Counted from the stretch's first letter, positions 19,652-29,963 are shown. The stretch is DNA of 64,000 nucleotides from an uncultured Spirochaetales bacterium (GCA_964413375.1 CAYPSI010000070.1:4323-68322); one strand, 5' to 3'. The notes: generated by a model not told the origin, from the letters alone. Numbers and translations: made by a program.

Positions 19652-20974
19652 CTAGGCTTCGCAGTAGAAGAGGGCGAGCACCTCGATCATCGGCCGCACG
19701 TCGGCGCTTCCGGCCATCTCGCGACACGAGTGCATCGACAGCATCGGGCTGCCGACGTCCACGGCCGGAATCCCGACCCGCGCCGCGGTGATCGGGCCGA
19801 TTGTCGAGCCGCAGGGAATGTCGTTGCGCGTGACGAAGTGCTGCGGTGCGATGCCGGCCCGCGCGCACAGGCCGGCGAAATGCCCGGAGCTGCGAAGGTC
19901 GGTCGCATAGCTGCGTCCTGCGTGCTGCTTGATCACCGGACCTCCGCCGATCAGGGGCCGGTGAGATGCGTCGTGGCGATCGGCGAAGTTCGGGTGAAGT
20001 GCGTGCGCCATGTCTGCGGAGACGAGCAGCGAGCGCGCGAGCGCGCGCGGCAGCCCCTGCGGCGACCCTCCCTTGAAACCCGCTACGACGCGCTCGAGCG
20101 CGCTGGCGAGCAGCGAGCCCGCGGCGCCTTCGGCGGTGCGACTTCCGATCTCCTCGTGGTCGTAGAGCACCAGCACGCGCGTCGGCCGCGGCAGCTCCGA
20201 CCCGGCCGCCTCGAGGAGCGCGAGCAGCCCCGCATGGCAGGAGCCCTGGTTGTCGAGGCGCGAGGCGTGGATGAACTCGCCGCGCACGCCGGCTACCACG
20301 GCCCGCTGCGTGTCGTAAGTCATCAGATCGTGCGCCAGCACGTCGCCAGGCTCCGGCGACGCGATTCCCTGCGCGCGCAGCTCCGCAGCCACCAGGGCCG
20401 TGAGCCCCGGCGCGCCCTCGAGCCCTGCGATCGGGACGAGCTGCGCCTGCGGATCGACGACCAGGCCCTTCTTGTTCACCTCGCGGTCGAGATGGATCGC
20501 GAGGTTGGGGATGCGCAGCAGCGGCCTCCCGAAGTCGATGAGCAGCGTGCGCAGCGCGCCCTTCTCCCGGATCCCGACGGAGCCGGCGAGCGAGAGGTCG
20601 CGGTCGAGCCAGGTGTGGAGCAACACGCCGCCGTAGGGCTCGACGGCGTAGCGCTGATAGCCGTGGCACGCGGCGTCGGCGCGCGGCCGCAGCCGCAGGT
20701 TCGGTGAATCGGTGTGGGCGCCGACGATGCGGAAGCCGGCTTCCGCCGGCGAGACCGAGCCCACCTGGAACGCGACCAGGCTGCCGCCCCCGCGCACCAG
20801 GAACCTGCGGTCGCCGGGGACGAGATCCCAGGAATCCACCTCGAGGATCTCGCGGAAGCCCTCCGCCTCGAGCCGACGGCTCGCCTCGGCGACCGCGTGG
20901 TAGGGCGTCGGCGACCGGTCGATGAACGCCAGCAGATCGGCGACCGGATCGATACGCGCTTCGTTCGCACTCAC
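19652..20974 (-). CDS. M18 family (aspartyl) aminopeptidase
   Basis: ORF 19652..20998 trimmed to GTG 20974, because the listed start lies inside the repeat. Motifs: FIDRSPTPYHAV, GAHTDSPNLRL, SADMAHA. Confidence 0.85.
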   Translation of the reverse strand: MSANEARIDPVADLLAFIDRSPTPYHAVAEASRRLEAEGFREILEVDSWDLVPGDRRFLVRGGGSLVAFQVGSVSPAEAGFRIVGAHTDSPNLRLRPRADAACHGYQRYAVEPYGGVLLHTWLDRDLSLAGSVGIREKGALRTLLIDFGRPLLRIPNLAIHLDREVNKKGLVVDPQAQLVPIAGLEGAPGLTALVAAELRAQGIASPEPGDVLAHDLMTYDTQRAVVAGVRGEFIHASRLDNQGSCHAGLLALLEAAGSELPRPTRVLVLYDHEEIGSRTAEGAAGSLLASALERVVAGFKGGSPQGLPRALARSLLVSADMAHALHPNFADRHDASHRPLIGGGPVIKQHAGRSYATDLRSSGHFAGLCARAGIAPQHFVTRNDIPCGSTIGPITAARVGIPAVDVGSPMLSMHSCREMAGSADVRPMIEVLALFYCEA

Positions 20975-20994
20975 GGCGCCCGCAACAGTAGCAA

Positions 20995-21123
20995 GCAAGC
21001 GAAGCGCGCAGCGAGCCGCGGGCGAGCGGAGTGGCCTGTCAGCGCTCGGGCTCTGTCAGCGCTCGTATCGGGCCGCGTCCTCGGGCCGGCTGTCAGCGCT
21101 CAGGGGGTGCCAGCGTCCTCGGA
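20995..21123 (+). repeat. dispersed repeat, H plus three T-like submodules
   Basis: H is at 20995-21031. CTGTCAGCGCTC then occurs three times, and the second and third copies are followed by ..GCGTCCTCGG-type ends. Confidence 0.8.
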
Positions 21124-22566
21124 CCTGACCGCGAAGCTCTCCTCGGGCGAGAGGACGAGGCGGTGGCGACCGACGAGCCCGAACCACGCGAGTCCGAGGG
21201 CGTACCACAGCGCCGCACCGATCACGACCTGTCGATAGACCGGATCGGATACGAAGAGGCCGACCAGGGTCACGAGCGAGATCGCGAGCGCCACGAGCGC
21301 GCCGGGAATCCCGAGCGGGCTGCGGAAGGGCCGCGTGAGGTGGGAAAGGCGGCGGCGCAAGAGCACGAAGGAGAGCATCTGGAGCGCGTAGGAAATCACC
21401 GCACCGAAAACCGCCATGTTGAGCAGCACGGCGCCCACCGGATGCTCCGGACCGAGGAAGTGGATCGCCAGCGCCACGGCGTAGCCGAGCGCTGCCCCGA
21501 CCACGAGCGCCACGTGGGGCGTGTGGCGTGTCCCGTGCGTGAGCGAGAGCCAGCGCGGGAAGTAGCCGGCGCGCGCGAGCGAGTAGATCTGGCGCCCGTA
21601 GGCGAAGATGATCGTATGAAAGCTCGCCACTAGCCCCGCCACGGCCAGCAGCGCCAGCATCCGGGCGCCGATGCGTCCGCCCGTGATCGTTGCGAAGCCC
21701 GCGAAGAGCGGCTGATTCGAGGCCGCGAGGGCCTCGGCGCCCGGCGACATGCCCGCCGACAGCACGAGCGTCGCGAAGGAGCACACGACGAGCGTCGCGA
21801 GCCCGAGGAGCAGGCCTTTCGGGAGGTCGCGCTCCGGCGCGTGCGCCTCCTCGGCGGCGAGCGGCAGCTCCTCGATCCCGAGATAGAACCAGATGGCGAA
21901 GGGCAGCGCGGCGAGGATGCCCCGCGCGCCGAAGGGGAGCCACACGCTCTCGCCGGGCTCGGGCGGCACGTCGAGCGCGAAACGCGCGAGATCGAAGTGG
22001 GGAATGGCGCCGATCCAGAAGGCGACCAGGATCGCGAGTGCCGCGAGCGTGGTCGCCACGGCGAAGCGGAAGGTGATCTCGACCCCTGCGATGTTGAGCC
22101 CGACGAAGACGCCGTAGGCGGCGAGCCACCACAGCGGCGCGACCGCGTCCGGCGTTTCGAAGATCGCACCGAGATAGCCGCCGATCCCGACCACGATGAC
22201 CGCCGGGGTGAGGATGTACTCCATGTTCTCGGCCAGCCCGGTCACGTAGGCGCCCCAGGGACCCATCGCGGAGCGCGCGAAGGAGTAGGCCCCGCCGGTG
22301 TGCGGCAGCAGGCTCGCCATCTCGGCGATTCCCGAGCACAGACACGCGAAGAGGACCGTGATCACGAGCGTCGCGACGAGCATCCCGCCGAAGCCGCCCG
22401 CGCCGAGACCGAAGTTCCAGCCGAAGAAGTCCCCCGAGATGACGGCACCGACACCGAGCGCCCACAGGGAGCCCACGCGCGCATGCCGCCGCAGGCGCCG
22501 GCGCTCGAAGTAGCCGGCATCGACCTCGTCGTAACGGATGCCCCGCCCCCGATCGCGCCGAACCAC
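21100..22566 (-). CDS. eat: ethanolamine permease-like APC family amino acid transporter
   Basis: ORF 21100..23037 trimmed to GTG 22566, because the upstream part reads through the repeat. Motifs: YFERRRLRRHA..LWALGVGAVISGDFFGWNFGL and 12 TM-like segments. The last codons are repeat-encoded. Confidence 0.8.
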   Translation of the reverse strand: MVRRDRGRGIRYDEVDAGYFERRRLRRHARVGSLWALGVGAVISGDFFGWNFGLGAGGFGGMLVATLVITVLFACLCSGIAEMASLLPHTGGAYSFARSAMGPWGAYVTGLAENMEYILTPAVIVVGIGGYLGAIFETPDAVAPLWWLAAYGVFVGLNIAGVEITFRFAVATTLAALAILVAFWIGAIPHFDLARFALDVPPEPGESVWLPFGARGILAALPFAIWFYLGIEELPLAAEEAHAPERDLPKGLLLGLATLVVCSFATLVLSAGMSPGAEALAASNQPLFAGFATITGGRIGARMLALLAVAGLVASFHTIIFAYGRQIYSLARAGYFPRWLSLTHGTRHTPHVALVVGAALGYAVALAIHFLGPEHPVGAVLLNMAVFGAVISYALQMLSFVLLRRRLSHLTRPFRSPLGIPGALVALAISLVTLVGLFVSDPVYRQVVIGAALWYALGLAWFGLVGRHRLVLSPEESFAVRSEDAGTP

Positions 22567-22623
22567 ACCACCCCCCGATGCGCGAGTATACTCGGCATCC
22601 AGAGGCGGATCGCGGCGAGGCAG

Positions 22624-22698
22624 GCAAGCGCAGCGCGCAGCGAGGCGAAGCCGAGCGGAGTGGGCTGTCACCGCTCGATTCCTGGCATCGTCCTCGGG
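22624..22698 (+). repeat. dispersed repeat, best-preserved H+T element
   Basis: GCAAGCGCAGCGCGCAGCGAGGCGAAGCCGAGCGGAG TGGGCTGTCACCGCTCGATTCCTGGCATCGTCCTCGGG. It lies in the divergent permease/SDR promoter region. Confidence 0.9.
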
Positions 22699-22744
22699 AG
22701 GCGCGCGCAGCAAAGCGCTCGCTCGGGAGGTCATCGCTCGAAGC

Positions 22745-23590
22745 ATGAACAATCTGCGCGAGCGGGTGGCGGTGGTCACGGGCGCCGCGAGCGGAATCGG
22801 CTTCGCGCTCGCAGCGCGCTTCGCCAGTGAGGGAATGAAGGTCGCGCTCGCGGACGTGGAGGAGCGAGCGCTGGCCGAAGCGACGCGTCGGCTCGAGGCA
22901 GGGGGCGCGAGCGCGATCGGCGTCCCGACGGATGTGACGAGCGCGATCGACGTTGCGCGTCTCGCGCGCCGCACGCAGGCCGAGTTCGGCGCCGTCCACG
23001 TGGTGTGCAACAACGCGGGCGTCTTCGCCGGCGGCACCTGCTGGGAGGCGCCGGTCGAGGACTACGAGTGGCTGCTCGGCGTGAACGTCTGGGGGGTCGT
23101 GCACGGGATCCGGACCTTCGTCCCGATCCTGCTCGAGGAGGAGGAGGGCCACGTGGTGAACACCGCCTCGATGGCCGCCCTCACGACCCTCCCCTTCACG
23201 GGGATCTACCACATGACGAAGCACGCGGTCCTGGCGCTCTCGGAGTGCCTCTACCACGAGCTGCGCGCCCGCGGTGCGCGTGTCGGCGTGAGCGTCGTCT
23301 GCCCCGAGAGGGTCGCGACGCGTATCGATGCCGCCGATCGGAACCGACCCGAGCGGCTGCGCGGCTCCGCCGCTGCCACGCCGGAGAGCGAGCTCGTCGG
23401 ACGCTCGATCGCGGACGCGATCCAACGCGGCATCCCGCCCGAGGAGATCGCCGACCGCACGCTGCGCGCGATCCGCGAGGATCGCTTCTACGTGCTCTCG
23501 GACGACGACTGGCGTCGCAGCGCCGAGTCCCGTTGCGAGGACCTCCGCCTCGCCCGCAACCCCACCCTCCGCGTCCCGTCCATGGAATGA
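22745..23590 (+). CDS. SDR family oxidoreductase
   Basis: ORF 22538..23590 trimmed to ATG 22745. Motifs: VAVVTGAASGIGFA, NNAGV, YHMTKHAV. Confidence 0.85.
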   Translation: MNNLRERVAVVTGAASGIGFALAARFASEGMKVALADVEERALAEATRRLEAGGASAIGVPTDVTSAIDVARLARRTQAEFGAVHVVCNNAGVFAGGTCWEAPVEDYEWLLGVNVWGVVHGIRTFVPILLEEEEGHVVNTASMAALTTLPFTGIYHMTKHAVLALSECLYHELRARGARVGVSVVCPERVATRIDAADRNRPERLRGSAAATPESELVGRSIADAIQRGIPPEEIADRTLRAIREDRFYVLSDDDWRRSAESRCEDLRLARNPTLRVPSME

Positions 23591-23638
23591 ACCGCGGGGG
23601 CCCACTGCGGCGCGAGGCCGAACCCGGTCCACCGCCGA

Positions 23639-23712
23639 GCAAGCGCAGCGCGCAGCGAGCCGAAGGCGAGCGGAGTGGGCTGCCACCGCTCGCTTCATCG
23701 GTGCGTCCTGAG
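23639..23712 (+). repeat. dispersed repeat, H+T element
   Basis: GCAAGCGCAGCGCGCAGCGAGCCGAAGGCGAGCGGAG TGGGCTGCCACCGCTCGCTTCATCGGTGCGTCCTGAG. It fills the convergent SDR/typA gap. Confidence 0.85.
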
Positions 23713-23713
23713 A

Positions 23714-25516
23714 CTATCTCTTCCGAAGATTCCCGGGCAGGATGCGCTTGCGCAGGCGCAGCGATCCGGGCGTCACCTCGAGCAGCTCGTCTTCCTCGAG
23801 CCACTCGAGCGCCCACTCGATCTCGACCTCGCGCGGCGTCGAGAGGACGGTGTTCTCGTCCTTTCCGGCGGCCCGGATGTTGGTGAGCTTCTTCGCGCGC
23901 ACCGCGTTCACGTCCATGTCCCGCGCGCGGCCGTTCTCGCCGATGATCTGGCCCTCGTAGACCGGGATGCCCGCCCCGACGAAGAGCGACGCGCGCTCCT
24001 GGATGTGGAAGAGACTGTACGCCGTGGTCTTCCCGGCCTCCGTCACGATCATCGCGCCCTGCCCGCGCCGCGCGAGCTCGCCGACCCAGGGCTCGTAGCC
24101 CCGCACGGTGCGGTAGAGCACGCCTTCGCCGCGGGTGGCGGAGAGGAACTCGCCGCGGTAGCCGAAGAGCCCGCGGCTGGGTGCGACGAAGGTGAGGCGC
24201 GTGCGCCCGCTGCGCTGCTCCATCGACAGCATGCGACCGCGGCGGGACGAGAGGCCCTCGACCACCACGCCGGTTGCCCACTCCGGAACCTCGGCCAGTA
24301 CATCCTCGACCGGCTCGCAGGCCTTGCCGTCGATCTCGCGCCGGATGATCTCCGGGCGGGAGACGGAGAGCTCGTAGCCCTCGCGGCGCAGCGTCTCGAT
24401 CAGGATCGCGATCTGCAGCTCGCCGCGCCCGGCCACGACGAAGGTGTCGGGACCCTCCCCCGGCTCGATGTGGATCGAGACGTTGCTGAGCGCCTCGCGC
24501 CGCAGCCGATCGCCGAGCTGGCGACTCGTGACGAAGCGCCCCTCGCGCCCGGCAAAGGGCGAGTTGTTCACCGAGAAGCGCACGCGGATCGTCGGCGGAT
24601 CGATCTGGGTGCGCGGAAGCGGATCCTGGCTCGCCGGGTCGCAGATGGTGTCGCCGATCTGGATCGAGTCGACCCCGGCGATCACCGCGATCTCGCCCGC
24701 CGAGGCGCTGTCGAGCTCGACGCGGCGCAGCCCGCGCGCCCCAAGGAGCTTGGTCACGCGGAAGGACTCGGGCGGACCCTCGGCCGGAAGCCGCACCACC
24801 GTCTGGCCGCGGACGAGCCGCCCGCGCTCCACCCGACCCACCACGAGGCGTCCGAGGTAATCGTCCCAGCCGAGCGTCACGGCCTGGAAGCGCACCGGGC
24901 CCTCGACGTCGACCAGCGGGGGGGGCGATTCACGCAGGATCGTCTCGAGTAGCGGCCGCAGGTCCTTGCGCGGGGCCGCGGCCTCGAGCGACGCCGTACC
25001 CTCCTTGGCCGAGGCGTAGACCACCGGGAACTCGAGCTGGCGGTCGTCGGCTCCGAGCTCGACCAGCAGGTCGAAGACTTCGTCGAGCACCTCGTCGGCG
25101 CGCTGCTCGATCCGATCGATCTTGTTCACCACGAGGATCGGGCGCAGGCCGCGGGCCAGCGCCTTGCCGACCACGAAGCGCGTCTGCGGCATCACGCCCT
25201 CGACCGCATCGACGAGGAGCAGCACCGAGTCCACCAGCGAGAGGACGCGCTCGACCTCGCCGCCGAAGTCCGCGTGGCCCGGCGTGTCGACCAGGTGGAT
25301 GCGCACGCCCTCGAACTCGATCGAGGTGTCCTTGGCCAGGATCGTGATGCCGCGCTCGCGCTCGAGCTCGCCGCTGTCCATCACGCGCTCTACCACGATC
25401 TGGTTCTCGCGGAAGGCCCCGGTCTGGCGCAGCAGCCCGTCCACCAGGGTGGTTTTCCCGTGGTCCACGTGCGCGATGATCGCGACGTTCCGGATTTCCT
25501 TGCGCGCATGCTTCAT
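23714..25516 (-). CDS. typA: translational GTPase TypA/BipA
   Basis: ORF 23714..26020 trimmed to ATG 25516. Motifs: IRNVAIIAHVDHGKTTLVD, DTPGHADFGGEVER, NKIDR. About 600 aa. Confidence 0.95.
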   Translation of the reverse strand: MKHARKEIRNVAIIAHVDHGKTTLVDGLLRQTGAFRENQIVVERVMDSGELERERGITILAKDTSIEFEGVRIHLVDTPGHADFGGEVERVLSLVDSVLLLVDAVEGVMPQTRFVVGKALARGLRPILVVNKIDRIEQRADEVLDEVFDLLVELGADDRQLEFPVVYASAKEGTASLEAAAPRKDLRPLLETILRESPPPLVDVEGPVRFQAVTLGWDDYLGRLVVGRVERGRLVRGQTVVRLPAEGPPESFRVTKLLGARGLRRVELDSASAGEIAVIAGVDSIQIGDTICDPASQDPLPRTQIDPPTIRVRFSVNNSPFAGREGRFVTSRQLGDRLRREALSNVSIHIEPGEGPDTFVVAGRGELQIAILIETLRREGYELSVSRPEIIRREIDGKACEPVEDVLAEVPEWATGVVVEGLSSRRGRMLSMEQRSGRTRLTFVAPSRGLFGYRGEFLSATRGEGVLYRTVRGYEPWVGELARRGQGAMIVTEAGKTTAYSLFHIQERASLFVGAGIPVYEGQIIGENGRARDMDVNAVRAKKLTNIRAAGKDENTVLSTPREVEIEWALEWLEEDELLEVTPGSLRLRKRILPGNLRKR

Positions 25517-25631
25517 GGCGGTCGCGGAGGTTAGCTCATCGAACTTCCCCCGCCTACCGCTCGCCGCGCGGGCATGAAGGCAGGGCGACCCCGGCATGCC
25601 AGCGCCCGGGGGGATGAGATAGCCTCGCGGC

Positions 25632-26675
25632 GTGCATCCCGGACAGCTCCTCTTCGCCGGCTTCGAGGGCACGCAGGTTCCCGGAGACCTGGCAAGGCTG
25701 GTGCGCGAGGGCCGCGTGGGCGGCATCGTGCTCTTCGCGCGAAATCTGCGCGAGCCGGACCAGGTACGCGATCTGGTGGCGCAGCTGCATGGGCTCGCTC
25801 CGGGCGACACCCCGCTGTGCGTGGCGATCGACCAGGAGGGCGGCCGGGTCCAGCGGCTTCGCGCCCCCTGGACCGAGTGGCCGCCGATGCGCCGGCTCGG
25901 CGAGCGCGACGACCTCGCGGAGACCGCCCGGGTGGCGCGCGCGCTCGCCCGCGAGCTCGCCGACCTCGGCATCGACCTCGACTTCGCGCCCGTGGTGGAC
26001 GTCGACACCAATCCGCACAACCCGGTGATCGGCGACCGCAGCTTCGGCCGCGAGCCGGAACGCGTGGCCCGTCACGCGCGCGCGTTCATCGAGGCGATGC
26101 AAGCCGCCGGCGTGGCGGCCTGCGCCAAGCACTTTCCGGGACACGGCGACACGAACGAGGACAGCCACCTGGCCCTCCCGCGCGTGGACCACCCCCTCGG
26201 GCGCCTGCGCGAGGTGGAGCTCGTGCCCTTCCGCGCAGCCGCGCTGGCGGGCGTCGCGAGCATGATGACGGCCCACGTGCTCCTGTCCTGCTTCGACCCG
26301 CGCGTCCCGGCGACCCTGTGCAGCGCGGCGATCGAGCTCTTGCGCGGGGAGATCGACTACGACGGCGTGGTCTTCGGCGACGACTTCGAGATGGCAGCCG
26401 TGGCGCAGCACTTTCCGCCGCGGGAGGCCACGCGCCGGGCAGTCGACGCGGGCGTCGATGCGCTGCTCGTCTGCAGCCGGGCCGACGTGCGCGACCTGGT
26501 GCTCGCGGAGCTCGAGGCGCTGCCCTCCGGTCTGCTCGAGCCCGGGCTGCGACGCGTGGCGGCGCTGAAACGCCGCTTCGCAGGCGGGCGCCTCGCGGGC
26601 TCCGGCAGCCCTCCCTATCCCGAGCACGCGCGGCTCGCCGCGCAGCTCGCCGGTCAGGGCGTCGGGTCGACGTAG
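25632..26675 (+). CDS. nagZ: beta-N-acetylhexosaminidase (GH3)
   Basis: Contains IDQEGGRVQR, KHFPGHGDT and a GH3 N-terminal domain layout. Confidence 0.85.
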   Translation: MHPGQLLFAGFEGTQVPGDLARLVREGRVGGIVLFARNLREPDQVRDLVAQLHGLAPGDTPLCVAIDQEGGRVQRLRAPWTEWPPMRRLGERDDLAETARVARALARELADLGIDLDFAPVVDVDTNPHNPVIGDRSFGREPERVARHARAFIEAMQAAGVAACAKHFPGHGDTNEDSHLALPRVDHPLGRLREVELVPFRAAALAGVASMMTAHVLLSCFDPRVPATLCSAAIELLRGEIDYDGVVFGDDFEMAAVAQHFPPREATRRAVDAGVDALLVCSRADVRDLVLAELEALPSGLLEPGLRRVAALKRRFAGGRLAGSGSPPYPEHARLAAQLAGQGVGST

Positions 26676-27412
26676 CCGACGAAGAGGTCGTCGAAGTAGG
26701 CGTCCGCCTCGACGCGCGAGCCCGCGGGCCGATTGTCCCAGCGCGCCTCGAAGAGGAGCCGCAACCTGTCGTATCCGGTCGGCACGCCGCCCCACTGCCG
26801 CTCGAACTCCTGGCGCAGCGGAACCTCGAAGTAGGTCCAGCGTCCGAGCCGGGGCAGCTCCTTCGAGGCGAAGGTCACCCGCGCGTTGGCGAGCAGGAAG
26901 GGCGGCTCGCTGACCCCTGCCAGGTAGGAGCGAAGCTGGTAGTTCATCAGGCCCCCGTTCGCGGCCGGGCTCCCGGGGTTCAGCACGCTCGCCGCCTGGT
27001 TCGTCCAGACGATCGCTACGGCCTGGAGGTAGAGATGGGTCACGTCGGCGCCCTTCTCCCAGCGCTCGACGCGGTACCAGCCGCCCATCACATCGGGGAA
27101 GCGCTCCGGCGCCGGCTCCTGCATGACGCCCAGGATCCAGGACGCGTGGGTCTGGTCCTCGGAACCCGCTCGCAGGCGCAGGTGCGCGGCTCGCCGCCCC
27201 GATCGCACGGGAGCTTCGACCACCTCGAACTTGCCCCAGTACGGGCTCTCGATCGGATAAGTCCAGCCCGCCTCGCCCTCCTCGAAGCCCGGATTCGCGA
27301 GCAGGTTGCCGTGGAAGCCCTGCGGCGTCGCCGCAGGGCACGCGAGCAGCGTTGCGCATCCAAGGGCGACGAGCAGGCAGACGACGCTGCCAGGAAGCGG
27401 GGCGCGAAGCAT
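26654..27412 (-). CDS. secreted or lipoprotein hypothetical with a CBM-like jelly-roll N-terminal signature
   Basis: 252 aa with a signal peptide and Cys ([12 protein letters not shown]), then [13 protein letters not shown], typical of CBM4/9-like sensors. No enzymatic domain recognised. Confidence 0.5.
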   Translation of the reverse strand: MLRAPLPGSVVCLLVALGCATLLACPAATPQGFHGNLLANPGFEEGEAGWTYPIESPYWGKFEVVEAPVRSGRRAAHLRLRAGSEDQTHASWILGVMQEPAPERFPDVMGGWYRVERWEKGADVTHLYLQAVAIVWTNQAASVLNPGSPAANGGLMNYQLRSYLAGVSEPPFLLANARVTFASKELPRLGRWTYFEVPLRQEFERQWGGVPTGYDRLRLLFEARWDNRPAGSRVEADAYFDDLFVGYVDPTP

Positions 27413-27433
27413 CGCGCGAGTCTATCACCACCC

Positions 27434-27516
27434 GCGCGCAGCGAGCCGCAGGCGAGCGGAAGTCGATACCGCAAGCGCAGCGCGCAGCGAGCCGCAGGCG
27501 AGCGGAGTCGATAAGG
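27434..27516 (+). repeat. dispersed repeat, tandem duplication of H plus a GTCGATA tail
   Basis: GCGCGCAGCGAGCCGCAGGCGAGCGGAAGTCGATACC is followed by GCAAGCGCAGCGCGCAGCGAGCCGCAGGCGAGCGGAGTCGATAAGG. Confidence 0.85.
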
Positions 27517-27529
27517 CTAGCCTCCCGGC

Positions 27530-28192
27530 ATGGAAGCCTCTCCGGCGCTGCTGCTCTCGATGCTGGCGTTCTGCTGCGCAGCTCTGTGCATCCGCGCGGA
27601 GCGGCGTGGGTTGCGGCGGGCGGTCTACCTCTGGAAGCCCGCGACCCTGCTGTGCGTGATCGCGATCGCCGCGCTGGGAAGCGCGTCGCCCACCGATCCC
27701 TACGCGCTGGCGATCCTCGCGGGCCTCGTCCTCTCGCTCGCGGGGGACGTCTGGCTGATGCTCCCGAGGGATCGCTTCGCCGCAGGTCTCGCGAGCTTCT
27801 TCGTCGCGCACCTGTGCTACGTCACGGCCTTCGCGGGGCCGGAGGGACCGCGCGGCGGGCCCCTCGGGCTGCTGCTCTTCGTCGCTGCGGCATGCCTGAT
27901 GCTGGCGCTGCTGCTCCCCGGCGTGCGCGGTGGGGCGCTGCGTGCCGCGGTCGTCGCGTACGTGGCAGCGATCGCCGCGATGGGCTGGCAAGCGACCGCG
28001 CGGGCCCAGGACCTCGCCGACTCGGGCGCGCAGCTCGCTGCGGCGGGCGCGCTGCTCTTCCTCTGCTCGGACTCCGCCCTCGCCTGGAATCGCTTCCGCC
28101 GGCCCTTGCGTGCAGCGGAGACGGTGGTCCTCTCGACCTACTTCGCCGGCCAGTGGCTGATCGCGCTCTCGACCGGCGCTGCGGCGCGCTAG
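27530..28192 (+). CDS. YhhN family lysoplasmalogenase-like membrane protein
   Basis: Contains [19 protein letters not shown] and [14 protein letters not shown], with about 7 TM segments. Confidence 0.75.
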   Translation: MEASPALLLSMLAFCCAALCIRAERRGLRRAVYLWKPATLLCVIAIAALGSASPTDPYALAILAGLVLSLAGDVWLMLPRDRFAAGLASFFVAHLCYVTAFAGPEGPRGGPLGLLLFVAAACLMLALLLPGVRGGALRAAVVAYVAAIAAMGWQATARAQDLADSGAQLAAAGALLFLCSDSALAWNRFRRPLRAAETVVLSTYFAGQWLIALSTGAAAR

Positions 28193-28200
28193 GGCCTCGG

Positions 28201-28956
28201 GTGCCGGTCTACCGGCTCGGTAGCGAGCTCGCCTTCCCGCCGCCCGAGCAGGCGGAGCCCGGGGGGCTCCTCGCGGTCGGGGGAGACCTCAGCCCGGACC
28301 GGCTGCTGCTCGCCTACTCGCTCGGGATCTTTCCGTGGTACGACGAGAAGCTCCCGATCCTCTGGCATTCGCCGGATCCGCGCATGGTGCTCCTGCCGCA
28401 CGAGCTCCACGTCCCGCGCAGCCTCGCGAAGACGCTGCGACGGGCGACCTTCGACGTGACCCTCGACACCTGCTTCGCGCGCGTCATCGAGGCCTGCGCT
28501 GCGACGCCGCGAAGCCGCGGCGAAGGCACCTGGATCACCGCCGAGATGCGCGACGCGTACGTGCGACTGCACGACCAGGGCTTCGCCCACTCGGCCGAGG
28601 CCTGGAGCGAGGGCGAGCTCGCCGGCGGTGTCTACGGCGTCGCGCTCGGCGCCTGCTTCTTCGGCGAGTCGATGTTCACCCAGCGATCCGACGCCTCGAA
28701 GGTCGCCTTCGCGACGCTGGTGTGCCAGCTCGAACGCTGGGGCTTCGAGCTGATCGACTGCCAGATGCACACCGAGCACCTAGCCCGCTTCGGCGCCAGC
28801 GACTGGCCACGCGCCCGCTTCCTGCGCCATCTTCACCGGGCGCTGCGGCGCGAGACGCGTCGCGGGTGCTGGTCGCTCGACGGCGACCTCCAACGTGGCC
28901 GCCAGCGTCACGACCCGAGCTCGGATCCGACGGACCCAGGAGGAAAGCCCAGGTGA
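28201..28956 (+). CDS. aat: leucyl/phenylalanyl-tRNA--protein transferase
   Basis: In-frame tail of ORF 27352..28956, starting at GTG 28201. Motifs: [36 protein letters not shown]. Confidence 0.85.
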   Translation: MPVYRLGSELAFPPPEQAEPGGLLAVGGDLSPDRLLLAYSLGIFPWYDEKLPILWHSPDPRMVLLPHELHVPRSLAKTLRRATFDVTLDTCFARVIEACAATPRSRGEGTWITAEMRDAYVRLHDQGFAHSAEAWSEGELAGGVYGVALGACFFGESMFTQRSDASKVAFATLVCQLERWGFELIDCQMHTEHLARFGASDWPRARFLRHLHRALRRETRRGCWSLDGDLQRGRQRHDPSSDPTDPGGKPR

Positions 28957-29804
28957 CGCTTGCAGCCGATGGCCCGAACGCCGAGCAGATCCGCTACTGG
29001 AACGAGACGATCGGCCCGCGCTGGGTCGAGATGGGAGATCTCCTCGATGCCCAGATCGCCCCGCTCGGCGTGGCCGCGATGGAGCAGGCGCGCCCGGCGT
29101 CCGGGGAGAGCGTGCTCGACATCGGCTGCGGCTGCGGACAGACCTCCGTCCAACTCGCGGAGCGAGTAGGGCCGAAGGGCAGCGTGCTCGGCGTCGACAT
29201 CTCGACGCCGATGCTGGAGCGGGCAAGAGCGCGCGCGGCCGGCCTCCAGAACCTGCGCTTCGCCAACGCCGACGTGCAGACCCGCTGCTTCGACGAGCGC
29301 TTCGATCTCGCCTTCTCGCGCTTCGGCGTGATGTTCTTCGCGGATCCGGTGGCCGCCTTCGCCAACGTGCACCGCGCGCTGCGGCCCGGCGGCCGCGTCG
29401 CCTTCGTCTGCTGGCAGGGAATCGACCGCAATCCGTGGCTTCTCGTGCCGCTGCGCGCGGTCGTCGGCATCGTCGAGCTCCCGGCGCCGCCGCCTCCGGG
29501 CGCACCCGGGCCCTTCGCCTTCGCCGACCCCGAGCGCGTGCAGGGAATCCTCGAGTCCGGCGGCTTCGAGCAGGTCGTGATCGAACGCCTCGAGGGCACG
29601 CTCGCGATCGGAGCGGGAGGCGATCTCGAACGCGCGGTGCAGTTCACGATGCAGATGGGACCGGTCTCGGCGACGCTGCGCGAGGCCGACGAGGACACGC
29701 GCCGGCGCGCGGCCGATGCGATTCGCGCCGCGCTCGCGCCGCTCGCGACGCCGACGGGCGTGCGCGCCGAGTACGCCACGTGGATCGTCACCGCGCAGGC
29801 CTGA
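28953..29804 (+). CDS. class I SAM-dependent methyltransferase
   Basis: In-frame tail of ORF 28335..29804. GTG 28953 follows AGGAGG and overlaps the aat stop (GTGA). Motif I is VLDIGCGCG; GRVAFVCW is also present. Confidence 0.8.
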   Translation: MTLAADGPNAEQIRYWNETIGPRWVEMGDLLDAQIAPLGVAAMEQARPASGESVLDIGCGCGQTSVQLAERVGPKGSVLGVDISTPMLERARARAAGLQNLRFANADVQTRCFDERFDLAFSRFGVMFFADPVAAFANVHRALRPGGRVAFVCWQGIDRNPWLLVPLRAVVGIVELPAPPPPGAPGPFAFADPERVQGILESGGFEQVVIERLEGTLAIGAGGDLERAVQFTMQMGPVSATLREADEDTRRRAADAIRAALAPLATPTGVRAEYATWIVTAQA

Positions 29805-29824
29805 GACCAGGCCCCCGGCCTGGG

Positions 29825-29912
29825 CTGCGAGCGGAGCTCGTTGGGCAAGCGGGCCGACTCGGCAGAGTCGGTCCGCGCGCAGCGAGCCGCAGGCGAGCGG
29901 AGCTCGTTGGGC
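29825..29912 (+). repeat. dispersed repeat, partial H 3' end, spacer hairpin, then a 5'-truncated H (lacking the GCAAGCG head), each followed by a CTCGTTGGGC tail
   Basis: GCGAGCGGAGCTCGTTGGGC occurs twice (29828-29847 and 29893-29912). They are separated by a CCGACTC-GGCA-GAGTCGG hairpin. Confidence 0.75.
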
Positions 29913-29963
29913 TAGACTTCGTGCGAACCGGCGAGGTCCCACCTCGCTCGAAGATCGGATCGG

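Noticed and set aside
22567-23037. N-terminal extensions of listed ORFs: permease to 23037, lgt from 2903, SDR from 22538, ACAD from 55517, PEP mutase from 38272, M18 peptidase to 20998.
   Set aside because: The extensions are read-through of the H/T repeat (SARLRLAAR- and KRSAQRGEAER-type peptides) or of intergenic DNA. Family alignments, by memory of the conserved N-termini, and RBS-like boxes support the downstream starts used in the feature table.
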